Of a DNA stretch of 64,000 nucleotides, positions 11,932-30,150 are shown in pieces. The translations under genes and the position numbers were made by a program. The stretch spans positions 23,622,001-23,686,000 of the forward strand of contig OZ024752.1 in assembly GCA_964016885.1 (NCBI GenBank), in the 5' to 3' direction. Under the pieces are notes generated by a model. That model had not been told where the DNA came from. It searched no databases and worked only from the letters and a program-made list of their open reading frames with translations. Numbering within the stretch: position 1 is the stretch's first letter; every line of letters starts with the position of its first letter. The DNA is from Eledone cirrhosa. Its lineage: Eukaryota.

Positions 11932-12922
11932 TTAAGTCGTTTGGAAGCCTCGACAATGCAAATGGGTAAATCTCCGGGTAACAAGGTCCGGTGGTGGAGA
12001 GAGAGATGTAAGTGGGTGTACATTGAGATGCGTGGTGTGTATAAGATGTGTGAGATGTGTAGAATGAAGGGAAGAGTATAAAGGATAAAATAAAAATAAC
12101 AACACAAGAGAGAGTTACCTTGGGAGAGATTTAATAGTCCCTATATATTTCGGATTCACATCCATCAACTGGGATTTTTTCCGGGGTGGGGGAGAAGGTT
12201 GTCTGTCGGACAAGTGCGGAACGTGTCCTTCGCTGTTTGTTGTTTTGAATATCTGAGGTATTCGGCAGAGCGCACGTGCGCGTGAAATAGGGTCGGTCGT
12301 ACAGAGGTCAGCGGCCGAATGAGGGAGTGGGATGGCGCTAGCTGTCAGTCCATTCTCTGCCTGTTTGTTAAATGTTACTGTGTGTGTGTGTGTGCGTGTG
12401 TTGTTGTCTCGCTTGAGTGTGTGTGTGTGCGTGTGTTGTTGCCTTGTTCCTCTGTATTGGCAGTGTAGTATGTTCGTATGGTGGAATGCTACTGTGTGTG
12501 TGTGTGTGTACGTGTGTGTGTGTAGTTGTCTCGTTTGCGTGTGTGTGTGTGTGCGTGTGTTGTGTGTTGTTGCATCGCTTGTTAACTTAAACCAGCCATC
12601 TCATTTCGCTTCTCTCTGATCGGTTGTTTATTTGCGGTTGCAGTCGTTTGATAAAAAGCGCTTCCTTGATACGTAACGTGCCGACGTTTCTTTCAGTCGC
12701 TAGAATTGTGACAATGGGCCTTCCGTCTTTGTTTCCGCATTTGTCTATGTGTTTCCGGAAAGACGAGGCCCTAGTTTTAGTGTGTTCCTTGATCCGGATG
12801 TGCAAAGGTCGAATTGTGCTACCTATGTAGTATTGGTTGCACCTGTCACATTCTATCTTATACACGACGTATGTGCGTAGGCAACAGTTCGCATGGCGTA
12901 TCGGGCAGTCTCTGAGGGAGCA
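11931..12922 (-). mobile_element. PLE 3' fragment with GIY-YIG endonuclease and pLTR
   Basis: CPIRHANCCLRTYVVYKIECDRCNQYYIGSTIRPLHIRIKEH...IKEALFIKRLQPQINN (12587-12920). Degenerate hammerhead at 12138-12174. Terminal part recurs at 52561-52660. Confidence 0.88.
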
Positions 12923-13148
12923 TATGTGTGTGTGTGTGTCTATATATATGTGTATATATATGTATTTATATATATACATATATATATGCCTATATATACA
13001 TGTATATATATGTATATATATGTATATATGTTTATATATATGCATGTATATATGTATGTATATATGTGTGTGTATGTGTATATATATATGCGCGTGTAAA
13101 TATATATATATATACATGTTTATATATGTATGTATATATTTATATATA

Positions 13149-13190
<42 letters not shown>

Positions 13191-13350
13191 GATAGATAGA
13201 TATATAGATATATATGCGCGTGTATGTATATATATATGTATGTGTGGGTGTACATATATTAACTATAATAAAGAAAGGAGTGCGGGACTGGGTCCAGAAT
13301 ATATTTTTATCCCGTTTGTAGAATAAGTTGGATCACTTTGAATAAATAAT

Positions 13351-13441
13351 TGTTTCTACGTTAGGCACAAGGCCAGCAATTACCCAGTGTATTACTGGTA
13401 CTTTATTTTATCGACCCCGTAAGGATGAAAGGCAAAGTTAA
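13351..13441 (-). mobile_element. 5'-truncated SINE with 17-bp TSD
   Basis: TSD CACTTTGAATAAATAAT at 13334-13350 and 13442-13458. Confidence 0.85.
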
Positions 13442-13926
13442 CACTTTGAATAAATAATGAATGAATATTACATAATTTATCTACTGAATTTCGTAAATCT
13501 TGATTAAATATAAATATAAATAATTTAAAAATTTTCAAATGTCAACACTTCCGGTTAATGATCGCTTATATAAACATTCATATATTTCTGTCACTAGTTT
13601 TTTCTTAATGCAGTTTATATATAATATCGTCTTTTTTAAATGTATAATGGATTACTTTACTGATTACATAAGACAGTGTAACGCAGTCTTCGTTCAATTT
13701 CTGTGGATATTGTCAATTACAATTTCATTTGATGTATCATATCTACATGTATATATACTTGCGTATAATATCAAAATGCACACTACACATGCCAGCAGAA
13801 ATCACCCGATTGGTGGTTTTTCTGCTAGTATATATAATAAATTTAATTCATTTAAATTATATTATACCATGAGTCAGCCGAAATGTGCTTTATACGTATT
13901 TTGCAGGGCATTATCATCCAAGATAT

Positions 13927-14030
13927 TGGTGCTGGATTGCCATTACCGGTAGAGTGTTTGACACCATGCTTTGCAGCATAAAGTAATGGCTCTTTACGTT
14001 CTGATTTCAAATCCCGTCGAGGTTAACCCG
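13927..14030 (+). mobile_element. SINE 5' half
   Basis: Similar to the head of the 16774-16962 copy. Confidence 0.6.
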
Positions 14031-14047
14031 AGAGATGCAAGAACACA

Positions 14048-14105
<58 letters not shown>

Positions 14106-14115
14106 ATATATATAG

Positions 14116-14354
14116 AAGTGGTTGGTTACACAACAGTTAGTTCACCATACCAAGAACAATTGTTTCACCTTAGCGGATCCTCAGCTCGTAATGGACCATT
14201 ACCACTTCTACCTAACTCGTCCCATGGACTGAGTGCTCTACCGCTACGAATATTACGAGTTAGGTAGAAGTGGTAATGGTCCATTACGAGGTGAGGATCC
14301 GCTAAGGTGAAACAATTGTTCTCGGTATGGTGAACTAACTGTTGTGTAACCACT

Positions 14355-14355
<1 letters not shown>
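14116..14355. repeat. Fold-back cassette with a hammerhead in each arm
   Basis: Arms about 14123-14220 and 14255-14352, 34-nt spacer. Minus 14151-14188: CGAG-CTGAGGA-TCC(GCTAA)GGT-GAAA-CAATTG-TT-CTTG. Plus copy 14287-14324 has GTGAGGA. Confidence 0.88.
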
Positions 14356-14420
<65 letters not shown>

Positions 14421-14451
14421 GTGTGTGTGGGTGTGTGTGTGTGTGTGTATA

Positions 14452-14672
14452 CGAGAGGGTACTGAAAAGTTCCTGGCTTTGGGTAAAAGAAAAATATAAG
14501 AGGATCAGTTAATTATTATGATTTTATTCAACATATTCGCCTCTCAGATTCACACATTCATTGCAGCGCTCCTTCTGTTTTTCTAAGCCCTGTAAAAAGA
14601 ACTTGGGAGGTTGGGCCTCTAACTACCCTTTCACGATACCCTTAAAGCCAAGAACTTTTCATTACCTCCTCG
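14452..14672. mobile_element. Tc1/mariner-type MITE
   Basis: TA-CGAGAGGGTACTGAAAAGTTCCTGGCTTT...AAAGCCAAGAACTTTTCATTACCTCCTCG-TA; about 29-bp imperfect TIRs, TA target. Confidence 0.85.
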
Positions 14673-14789
14673 TATAAATGTGTGTTAGTGCGTGTAAATA
14701 CACACACACACACACACCACACCACACCACACCACACCACACCACACCACACCACACCACACCACACACTCACACACACACATATATAT

Positions 14790-15464
14790 ATTTGTTTTCC
14801 AAGGTTTTTGATATGAAATCGTGTGTTGAAACAAATATTGTTATATTTGAGGAGGGTCATATTGTTATAATATTGCCAAAAATAATAACACACTCACTGT
14901 TTGGTTTGGATTGTTTTTCGCTTCTGTATCTTTTATATCTCCATAGTTAATTTATCTGGCAATCAATGTTTATCATTGATTGACCAACAGTTAAAAATAC
15001 AGATATAAAAATATATATATATATAGTCTATCAAAGTTCTTTCGTCACACATCTGTGACATCATCAATGGTACTGTTATGTTTCCTTCCGTTGTATTGTA
15101 ATGCCTAGGCCATTTTTATTTTATTTATTTATTTATTTATTTCTTCTTGTCTCTGTCTCTGTTTGCGCATGCGTTTGCGTGTGTGTTTCCTGTTTGGTGT
15201 GTGTGTTAGTGTTTGAGTGTATGTGTTTTTGTATTCCATCTTTGTTCACTAGTGCGTGTTTATATGTGTTTGTTTTTATTGTACTTGTGTATATATTTAT
15301 TTATTTATTTATTTATGTTTCCCTTAGGTCAGAATTGTTGTTTGGGTATGGTTGATAAATTAACTATGGAGATATAAAAGATACAGAAGCGAAAACCAAC
15401 CCAAACAAACAGTGAGTGTGTTCTATTATTATTTCTGGCAATATAATAACAATATGACCCTCCC

Positions 15465-15468
<4 letters not shown>
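14790..15468 (-). mobile_element. PLE family A solo pLTR with inverted terminal piece (15354-15468)
   Basis: Homologous to 35595-36090; 15354-15468 is the reverse complement of about 14840-14955. Confidence 0.8.
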
Positions 15469-15521
<53 letters not shown>

Positions 15522-15777
15522 AATTATTTCTGCTAAAATGATTGGACGTCTTTTCAGATTGTAATCCAAACAAAAAGATTCTTCATATGATTGCAGCCTG
15601 CAGAGGAAGATACCGTTCTACATAACAGAAAAGGAAGGAAGAGAGTTAACTTGAAGCTGGCACCTTAAAACAAGAGGTTGGTGTCCAACGCCGCTCATAC
15701 GAAAGCAAAAAAAAAATGTAAAGAAACACAAAAAGGAAAAGAAAAAAAACAATGTTTTATTTGTTGCATTTCTATTC

Positions 15778-15828
<51 letters not shown>

Positions 15829-15832
15829 ACAC

Positions 15833-15899
<67 letters not shown>

Positions 15900-16736
15900 T
15901 TTTTTCTGTACCTTGAGTATATTTCATTTTGGTTAATGATTTGGGTGATGTAACTAAATCTGCATTATGCTATTGTAAGTATGAAAACTAATAGCCATGA
16001 CTTCGTAAAAATAAGTGCACAAATATTCACTAAAAGAACCAAGTAGCTTATTTCAACGTCAAACGTAAGTTATGATTTCATTGAATTGAAAAAACCAAAT
16101 TTAACCAAACACCAACAGTATACAGAAAAAGGATTGACAAAGATAAGAATATAACAAAACACACTATAACTGGTTTTGATTCGTTTTAAAGGGAGCAAAT
16201 GCCGAACGTAAATTAAAACTCTCTCAGACAATATTATCTATTATTATCAAACAAGATGTAAATTATAAAATATCTTGAAACACCAAACACACATACACAG
16301 ATATATTCCACTTATCATTGTGTATACCCATTATATATTCATAATGCACACGGTTTTTTGAAAAAATATTTTGTGTTCATCAGCTTCATAATAAAATTTG
16401 TATATTGAGCTTTCCATAATTTCTAACAACGAAATATAAGCATAATACTGCTTTGACGAAGAGGGTAATTTTAATATTGATAGGTTTGTCTAATATCATC
16501 GCAGGCTTAGTAAGTATCTTGTGAGCAGCCTTTAAAATATTAACTAATATGAGTCGCTTCATTAGAGACACAATAATAATCTGGGATGAATGATTCATTT
16601 CTTTTGTGTGTGTGGTGGTGGTGGTGGTGGTGAACAAGTCAACAAACAAGCGAGAGTTTCTGTTGCCTAGATAGAAATAAAACCAACCATTACTCAATAA
16701 TAAGGAATAAAAACCAATGAATATATATATATACTC

Positions 16737-16773
<37 letters not shown>

Positions 16774-16774
<1 letters not shown>

Positions 16775-16962
16775 GGGCGGTGAATTGGCAGTATCGGTAG
16801 AGGGTCGGACGCCATGCTTTGACGCATAGAGTTACGGCCCTTGCCATTCTGATTTCAAATCCCGCCGAGGTTAACTTTGCCTTTCATCCTTACGGGGTCG
16901 ATAAAATAAAGTACCAGTAATGCACTGGGATAATTGCTGGCCTTGTGCCAATAGTAGAAACA
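16774..16962 (+). mobile_element. Full-length tRNA-derived SINE in (AAT)n
   Basis: Same family as 11576-11760. Confidence 0.88.
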
Positions 16963-17229
16963 GCAACAATAATAATAATAATAATAATAATAAACCTAAC
17001 CATAGGTGACAGGAAGACGGCATATATCAGAAACAATACTGAAGGAGAAGGAAAAACAATAAAAGTAATAATAATAATGATAATAATAATGATAATAATA
17101 ATAAATTGATTCCTTGCATTAATTATTATGTGAAGTACTTTAAAAGAGACATCCACAATATGAGAAAAAACAAAACGAAATTGAATTTATGTAAATGAGT
17201 GTGGGTGTGGGGTGGGGGCGAGAGTTTTT

Positions 17230-17286
17230 ATGTATATATATATATATGTGTGTGTATATATGTATATATATATATGTATATATATG

Positions 17287-17343
<57 letters not shown>

Positions 17344-17540
17344 GTATATATATGTATATATATGTATATGTATATATATGTATATGTATATATATGTATA
17401 TGTATATATATGTATATGTATATATATATATATGTATATGTATATATATGTATGTATATATATGTATATGTATATGTATATATGTATATGTATATATATA
17501 TATGTATATATATATATGTATATATGTATATATATATGTA

Positions 17541-17623
<83 letters not shown>

Positions 17624-17632
17624 GTGTATATG

Positions 17633-17663
<31 letters not shown>

Positions 17664-17704
17664 GTATATGTATATATATATATGTATATGTATATATATA
17701 TATG

Positions 17705-17735
<31 letters not shown>

Positions 17736-17756
17736 GTATATGTATATATATATATG

Positions 17757-17788
<32 letters not shown>

Positions 17789-17798
17789 TATGTATATG

Positions 17799-17829
<31 letters not shown>

Positions 17830-17845
17830 GTATATGTATATGTAT

Positions 17846-17897
<52 letters not shown>

Positions 17898-17917
17898 GTA
17901 TATATGTATATGTATAT

Positions 17918-17949
<32 letters not shown>

Positions 17950-18386
17950 GTATATATATGTATATATATATATATATATGATATATATATGTATATATGT
18001 ATATATATATGTATATGTATATATATATATATGTATATATATATGTATATAGTATATATTTATATGTATATATATATGTATATATGTATATATTATATTA
18101 TATATGTATATATATATGTATATATGTTTATATATATTGTATTATATATATATATGTAATATATATATGTTATATTATTTTATATATGTATATATGTATT
18201 ATATATGTATATATATATATATGTATTATATATATATATATGTATATGATATATTTATGTATATATATATATATGTATATATATATATGTATATTATATA
18301 TGTATATATATATATATGTATATATATATATGTATATATATTTATGTATATGTATATATGTATATATGTTATGTATTATATATATG

Positions 18387-18421
<35 letters not shown>

Positions 18422-18422
18422 G

Positions 18423-18503
<81 letters not shown>

Positions 18504-18595
18504 GTATATAATATATATATATATATATGTATATATATATGTATATATATATATATATGTATATATAATATATATTGTATGTATATATATATATG

Positions 18596-18626
<31 letters not shown>

Positions 18627-18642
18627 GTATATATTATATATG

Positions 18643-18689
<47 letters not shown>

Positions 18690-18690
18690 G

Positions 18691-18737
<47 letters not shown>

Positions 18738-18755
18738 ATATGTATATATATTATG

Positions 18756-18786
<31 letters not shown>

Positions 18787-18830
18787 GCATATATATATAT
18801 GTATATATATATATGCATATATATATATGT

Positions 18831-18926
<96 letters not shown>

Positions 18927-18956
18927 GTATATATATATATGTATGTATATATATGT

Positions 18957-19010
<54 letters not shown>

Positions 19011-19068
19011 GTATATATATATATGTATGTATATATATGTATATATATATATGTATGTATATATATGT

Positions 19069-19122
<54 letters not shown>

Positions 19123-19341
19123 GTATATATATATATGTATGTATATATATGTATATATATAGATGTATGTATATATATGTATATATATATAGATGTGTAT
19201 ATATATAGATGTATATATATGTGTATATATATATGTGTATATATATGTGTGTATATATATATATGTATATATATATATGTATATAGATGTGTATGTATAG
19301 ATGTATGTGTATGTATAGATGTATATGTATATATAGAGATG

Positions 19342-19392
<51 letters not shown>

Positions 19393-19767
19393 GTATATAT
19401 GTCTATATATATATATGTGTATATGTATATATGTCTATATATATATATGTGTATATATATATATGTGTATATATATATGTGTGTATATATATATGTGTGT
19501 ATATATATATGTGTGTATATATATATGTGTGTATATATATATATGTGTATATATATATGTGTATATATATATATGTGTATATATAGATGTATATATATAT
19601 ATATGTGTATATATATATATATGTGTATATATAGATGTATATATATATGTGTATATATATATATATGTATATATATAGATGTATATATATATATATGTGT
19701 ATATATATATATGTGTATATATATATATGCGTATATATATATATATATAGATGTATATATAGATGTG

Positions 19768-19799
<32 letters not shown>

Positions 19800-19915
19800 G
19801 ATGTATATATATATATAGATGTATATATATAGATGTATATATATATAAATGTATATATATAGATGTATATATATATATATGTATATATATATGTGTATAT
19901 ATATATATACATATA
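17230..19915. repeat. 2.7-kb compound (TA)n/(TATG)n microsatellite
   Basis: Directly visible. Confidence 0.95.
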
Positions 19916-19992
19916 CAGGGTGTCCCAAAAATGTAAACATACTTTGATTAGAATGCTGTTGAAGTATGTATACATTTCGGGGGGACACCTTG
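19916..19992. mobile_element. 77-bp Tc1/mariner-type MITE
   Basis: TA-CAGGGTGTCCCAAAAATGTAAACATACTT...AAGTATGTATACATTTCGGGGGGACACCTTG-TA. Confidence 0.8.
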
Positions 19993-20477
19993 TATATATA
20001 TATATATATATATAAATGAAAAGTATAGAAATTATTATGAGCAAGAAGCACACAGTATTTCATAATATATAAGTGACTATAGCGTCAAAATGGGAAAATA
20101 GTTAGCGTAAGATGTGGGGAAAATAATTGAAACTCAATTCAAAAAGAATCAGGATATAGATTCATCCAACAGAATTTAGTGAAATTCAGTGAAATTATAT
20201 TTATATATATAATGTCTCTGTGTGTGAGTGGGTTTAGTTTGATCCAGTAGCCTGTTACTCTTAAGATTTCCTGGCATTTGATCCTGGTATTCAGACATGA
20301 AAATAAAACTGATCGAGTTTTTCTTTTCCTTTTTCCTGTCTAACGAACCTAGCACACACCAGAGAAAACTCCAGAACAGCGGACTACTGGAGCAGTTTAT
20401 ATAAACCACTGCACTCTGCTATAGTAGCATTGAGTAATCTTTCTCCCGTTCCTTAAATAAACAGCATGTACGTCTGA

Positions 20478-20542
<65 letters not shown>

Positions 20543-20547
20543 CGTGT

Positions 20548-20622
<75 letters not shown>

Positions 20623-21428
20623 TACTTAGCTTAACTCGATTTGGTTCTCGCTGTTGGCTTGTTTGTCAGCTTTTCTAAACAATTCTCTGTAGACATGTAT
20701 GTAAAGTCATGTATTTTCTGCAGTTAACTAAAATTGCAAGTATTTTTGTTTTATTTCTTTTTTTTTTCGTTAATTAATTGTGATTAACTGCTTCATCTGT
20801 TCCAAAGACAGCCTAATTAACTTAATTATTTCTAACAATGAACCTAGTTGACGAAATGTTTTTTTTACATTACATTAATTTATTTAATCTTATTTTTTTA
20901 TATATTTATTTATTCATTTATCTTATTTTATTATATATTTATTTTTTATTTTGTTTATTTATATATTTAGTCATTTATTTATTTAGAGTGAATCCTACAA
21001 ACTAATCACAAGCCCGTTTTCTTTTTTTTTTTTTTTTTTTCTATAGATATATTTCATTTTTTTAATTTGTTTTACGACATGTTAAACAAAAATATGATCA
21101 GAACAGAATCATAATCGTTCTATATGAAGGGAATGTCTTCTATTGTGTCCTCTTGATATTATATTCCCAGAAAAGCGTAAAGGAAAGACCACAAACTAAC
21201 AAACAAATCTGAAAATGTGAACAATATCAATAATGTCTTAGCGAGAAAGATACTGCTAATTTCAATGATAAATTGAGTCCCTTGATAAAATTGTTATTTA
21301 TTGTTTTCATTACGTCTAGCGTTCATTTAAAATGTCAACTATTTTCTACATATTATAAGAAAAGGAAATACAGAATATTCAATCTTCTTAGCTGTTCGCG
21401 GTTGATATATATATATATACATATATAT

Positions 21429-21756
21429 ATATTAATAAAAGGAATTCCAACTTTGTCTGATTTACTCGTTTTATTTACAATCATTTAAAATTTATAATGG
21501 TATTAAAAGGAAATAGTATGGTAGAATATGAAATGTTAAGTTTGCAATTTTCAACTGTCACAGTTGAAAATTATAAACTTGACTGTCACCACAGAATATG
21601 AACCTGAAGATTGCGAAAGCATGAAAGTACTTGTTCAATTAACACTTAAAATTTAATATTCTACCATACTATTTCATTCTAATACCATTATAAATTTTAA
21701 AGGATTGTAAATAAAACGAGTAAATCAGACAAAGTTGGAATTCCTTTTATTAATAT
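21429..21756. repeat. Fold-back cassette: about 100-bp arms, inner hairpin, intact hammerhead
   Basis: Arms 21429-21529 and 21656-21756; inner hairpin 21538-21580. Confidence 0.88.
21599..21637 (+). ncRNA. Minimal type-I hammerhead ribozyme
   Basis: TGAAC-CTGAAGA-T-TGC(GAAA)GCA-T-GAAA-GTAC-TT-GTTCA; perfect stem I, palindromic AGTACT. Confidence 0.85.
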
Positions 21757-21797
21757 AATCTTCTATACACAATCATACACACCCGTGTATATTTATT

Positions 21798-21850
<53 letters not shown>

Positions 21851-21917
21851 CATATATATATATGTTAAGGGTGAAAGCAGCGATTCTTTGCTTAAACTTT
21901 AATCTGTTATTTTAATA

Positions 21918-22632
<715 letters not shown>

Positions 22633-22774
22633 ATAAGGTGATTGCCATTAAGATACGACAGTGAGTTTTATTTATCAGTGAATAGCTTCACCCAGAACAA
22701 TCCACAACAGCAATAATATCGGCAATAATGGTGACTATGATTTCTAACAGGTTTGTGAGAACACTATCTACAAA

Positions 22775-22960
22775 TCTACTACTGCTACTACCACCACCAC
22801 CAACACCACCACTACTACTACCACCCACACTACTACTACTACTACTACTACTACTACCGCCACTACTACTACTACTACTACCACCACCACCAACACCACT
22901 ACTACTACTACTACCACCACCACCACCACTACTACTACTACTACTACCACCAACACCATC

Positions 22961-23017
<57 letters not shown>

Positions 23018-23023
23018 GCCAAC

Positions 23024-23057
<34 letters not shown>

Positions 23058-23304
23058 TTACCACCACCAACACCACTATTACTTCTACTACTACCACCAC
23101 CACCACAAGAACTACTACTACTACTACTACCACCACCACCAACACTACTACCACTACCACAACTACTAATACTATTCCTACTACCACCACCAACACTACT
23201 ACTACAACTACTACTACTACTACTACCACTACCACAACTACTAATACTATTCCTACTACCACCACCAACACTACTACTACAACTACTAATAATAATAATA
23301 ATAA
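22775..23304. repeat. (TAC)n/(CAC)n trinucleotide array
   Basis: Directly visible; source of the poly-L/P and poly-V pseudo-ORFs. Confidence 0.95.
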
Positions 23305-23355
23305 CAGTTATAGCAATTCCCTAAAATGTGGTGATAAATAGTGTAATAATAATAC

Positions 23356-23435
23356 TTGTTTCTACTTTAGGCACAAGGCCAGCAATCAACCAGTGTATTA
23401 CTGGTACTTTATTTTATCGACCCCATAAGGATGAA
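23356..23435 (-). mobile_element. 5'-truncated SINE with about 19-bp TSD
   Basis: AAATAGTGTAATAATAATA at 23336-23354 and 23438-23456. Confidence 0.8.
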
Positions 23436-23604
23436 TAAAATAGTGTAATAATAATAGTAGCAATTGTTTCTGCTTTTGACACCAGGCCAGCAATTTGGTG
23501 GTTCAGCATATTCGATTATATCGATCCACAGTATTTGATAGGATTAAACCAAACTTTCCATTACAATACAATATAGAATCTATCTAGCTTTATGTATCCA
23601 TCCA

Positions 23605-25070
<1,466 letters not shown>

Positions 25071-26018
25071 ATGCATTTAATATGATCTGTTTTAGTGCAT
25101 CCATCATATTTTGTTAAATATCACATGTCGTATGTGATAATTATTTACATAATTGAAGGAATGATTAGGAAAACACAAGTTCATAGTTTTGGAGTTTTTA
25201 GAAATAAGTGTTATATCATCTTCAACTTCAGCTTCAATAGGGAAATGAAATTGAGTCGCTGGAACGTCGGATTAAATGATGCCCAACTATTTGATCTGGC
25301 TCTCTTCACTTGGAGTCAAATTCAGCCGGATTTCAGGGTCGATAAATAAAGTACCGGTTTATGAGTGGTTGATTGGCTGAATTATTAAAGAGTCGTATAG
25401 GTTGTCTTGTAGTATCTGAGTTAAAATCCCGTTTCCGTTTGCCTGGGGTTGCGGCCTACAGACAGTATCCGTACAGAAAAATAACAATGGAAACATAGTT
25501 TCCTTGGTCCGATCTGACGAGCGGCTCCTTTCCCTCTTTTTTTATTTCTCCTTTAATTTCATTTACAAAGAAATCATAATTGATATCGACAAAAGCTGTT
25601 TAGAATGTGTTAGGGTTGGATAGGTTTAGCCGAAACACCATGTTTTTACATTCCCAATGAAGTGATTCATACGTACAGATCTTTTTATTTATTCTCTATT
25701 TACTCTATGTAATATTCTCATTGGTTTTGAATTGGTTAAAGCACGATTTAGTATTATTTTGGGTCTGCTGAAAGGTTGGGGCAAAAACACAAAAACAGGA
25801 ATCTCATGAACCCTATTAGTTCCGTCTAATTAATTTCATTGAGATGGTAAACCAAATCAGAAGAAACTGATTGAAAATACATAGTTTTGTTTAGATGTCA
25901 TATATATGTATATATATATATATATGCATATATATAGATATAATTGGTGTGGGATGCTTAAAGCGTCCGTATGCGATAGGCCGTTTGCGCACTCGATGCT
26001 GTTACAGAGCAGAGTATA

Positions 26019-26346
26019 ATATCACATAAGAAACGGAGAATCAGTGGAGCGACGAATTAAAATTTATTAGACATATTACAATCGTTTCTCTGGCGACCAG
26101 CTCAAGGCACCATCGATGCGATGATCGCACCTGACTCTGAAATCGCAAGATCCTCAGACACGTCTGGATTTCCAAACGGAAACTCTGCTTCGAAAAATCG
26201 CGACGTATCTAAAGATCTTGCGATTTCAGAGTCAGGTTCGATCATCGCATCGATCGTGCCTTGAGCTGGTCGCAAAAGAAATGATTGTAATATGTCTAAT
26301 AAATTTTAATTCGTCGCACCACTGATTCTCCGTTTCTTATGTGATA
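26019..26346. repeat. Fold-back cassette (about 145-bp arms) with a long-loop-II hammerhead in each arm
   Basis: Arms about 26019-26164 and 26201-26346. Minus 26070-26164: GACGTGT-CTGAGGA-TCT-TGCGA...TCGCC-AGA-GAAA-CGATTG-TA-ATATGTC. Plus copy is degenerate (CTAAAGA). Confidence 0.85.
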
Positions 26347-29145
<2,799 letters not shown>

Positions 29146-29347
29146 TTGTTTGTAATGGATCTGTTTGTTCGTGTGTGTGTTGAGTCGTATGATTCCTGTT
29201 ACTTCTAAATACGATGAAGTCTTACATATAATTAACATATTTTACTGACTGAAGCTATCCTTAGTCTTCACAATATCTAAATTTATCGTATTTGTATTAT
29301 ACACTTTAAGCTTGATAATTCTTTTAACCTAGTCATCAAATGGAACC

Positions 29348-29447
29348 ATAGTATCGAAACTTCAATTATATAGTGTATAATAGTATCGAAGCTTCATCCG
29401 TATAGTGTATAATAGTATCGAAACTTCAACTGTATAATGTATAATAG
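29348..29447. repeat. Three tandem units of about 30 bp (ATAGTATCGAAACTTCAA...)
   Basis: Directly visible. Confidence 0.8.
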
Positions 29448-29578
29448 TCAGTGTTATTAAATAGCGTCGGGGTTTTTCTCTATCTATATTGAGGGCGATA
29501 AAATATGTATTTGGTTAATATAATTGACTGCCTACCACTACCACCACAGAAGATAATTCTGTCCTTGTGTCTATATTG

Positions 29579-29628
29579 GAAATTAAAGACAATGAATAAG
29601 TTTCTACTTATTCATTGTCTTTAATTTC
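29579..29628. repeat. Perfect 23-bp hairpin with 4-nt loop
   Basis: GAAATTAAAGACAATGAATAAGT-TTCT-ACTTATTCATTGTCTTTAATTTC. Confidence 0.9.
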
Positions 29629-29629
29629 G

Positions 29630-30150
29630 TTGGAGCGTCGAACAAAAGCTGTGCAATAATAAATCCGAATCTGTACGTCTTATGTTCGAATTCCGCCGAG
29701 GTCAACTTTACTTTTCATCTTTCTGAGATCGATAAAATAAAGTACCTGTCCAGTCCTAGGGTTGATATAACTGACTTTCCTTTCCCCTAAAATTGCTGGC
29801 CTTGTGCCAAAAATAAAAATAATTATTTTTATGGAGGTGAGGGCAGTGGATTAACAGAATAATTAAAGCGCTGGCGAAACGTTTTGCAGCATTTGTTACG
29901 GTCTTTTACATTCTGGGTTCAAATCCCGCCGAGGACAACTTTGCCTTTCATCCTTTCATGGGTCGATAAACTAAAGTACCAGTGACATACTGGGGTCGGT
30001 TTAATCGACTTTTCTCTATCCCAAAATTGTTGACTGTGTGCCTAAACCAGAAAATATTATTTTTAGGGCGGTGGATTGCCAGTATCGTTAAAACAAAATG
30101 TATTCCGTTGTTTGGTTCGTCATTTTAAGTATTTAATTCAAATCTCGCCA
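29630..30150 (+). mobile_element. Cluster of three head-to-tail older SINE copies
   Basis: B boxes near 29685, 29917 and 30135; cores and 3' ends as in the 16774 copy, with an extra internal segment. Confidence 0.75.

Noticed and set aside
22728-23324. Poly-Leu/Pro and poly-Val ORFs (or mucin-like poly-Thr frame)
   Set aside because: Pure trinucleotide array with no splice or coding context.
25513-25530. CTGACGAG-CGG-CTC motif
   Set aside because: No GAAA follows, so not a complete hammerhead.
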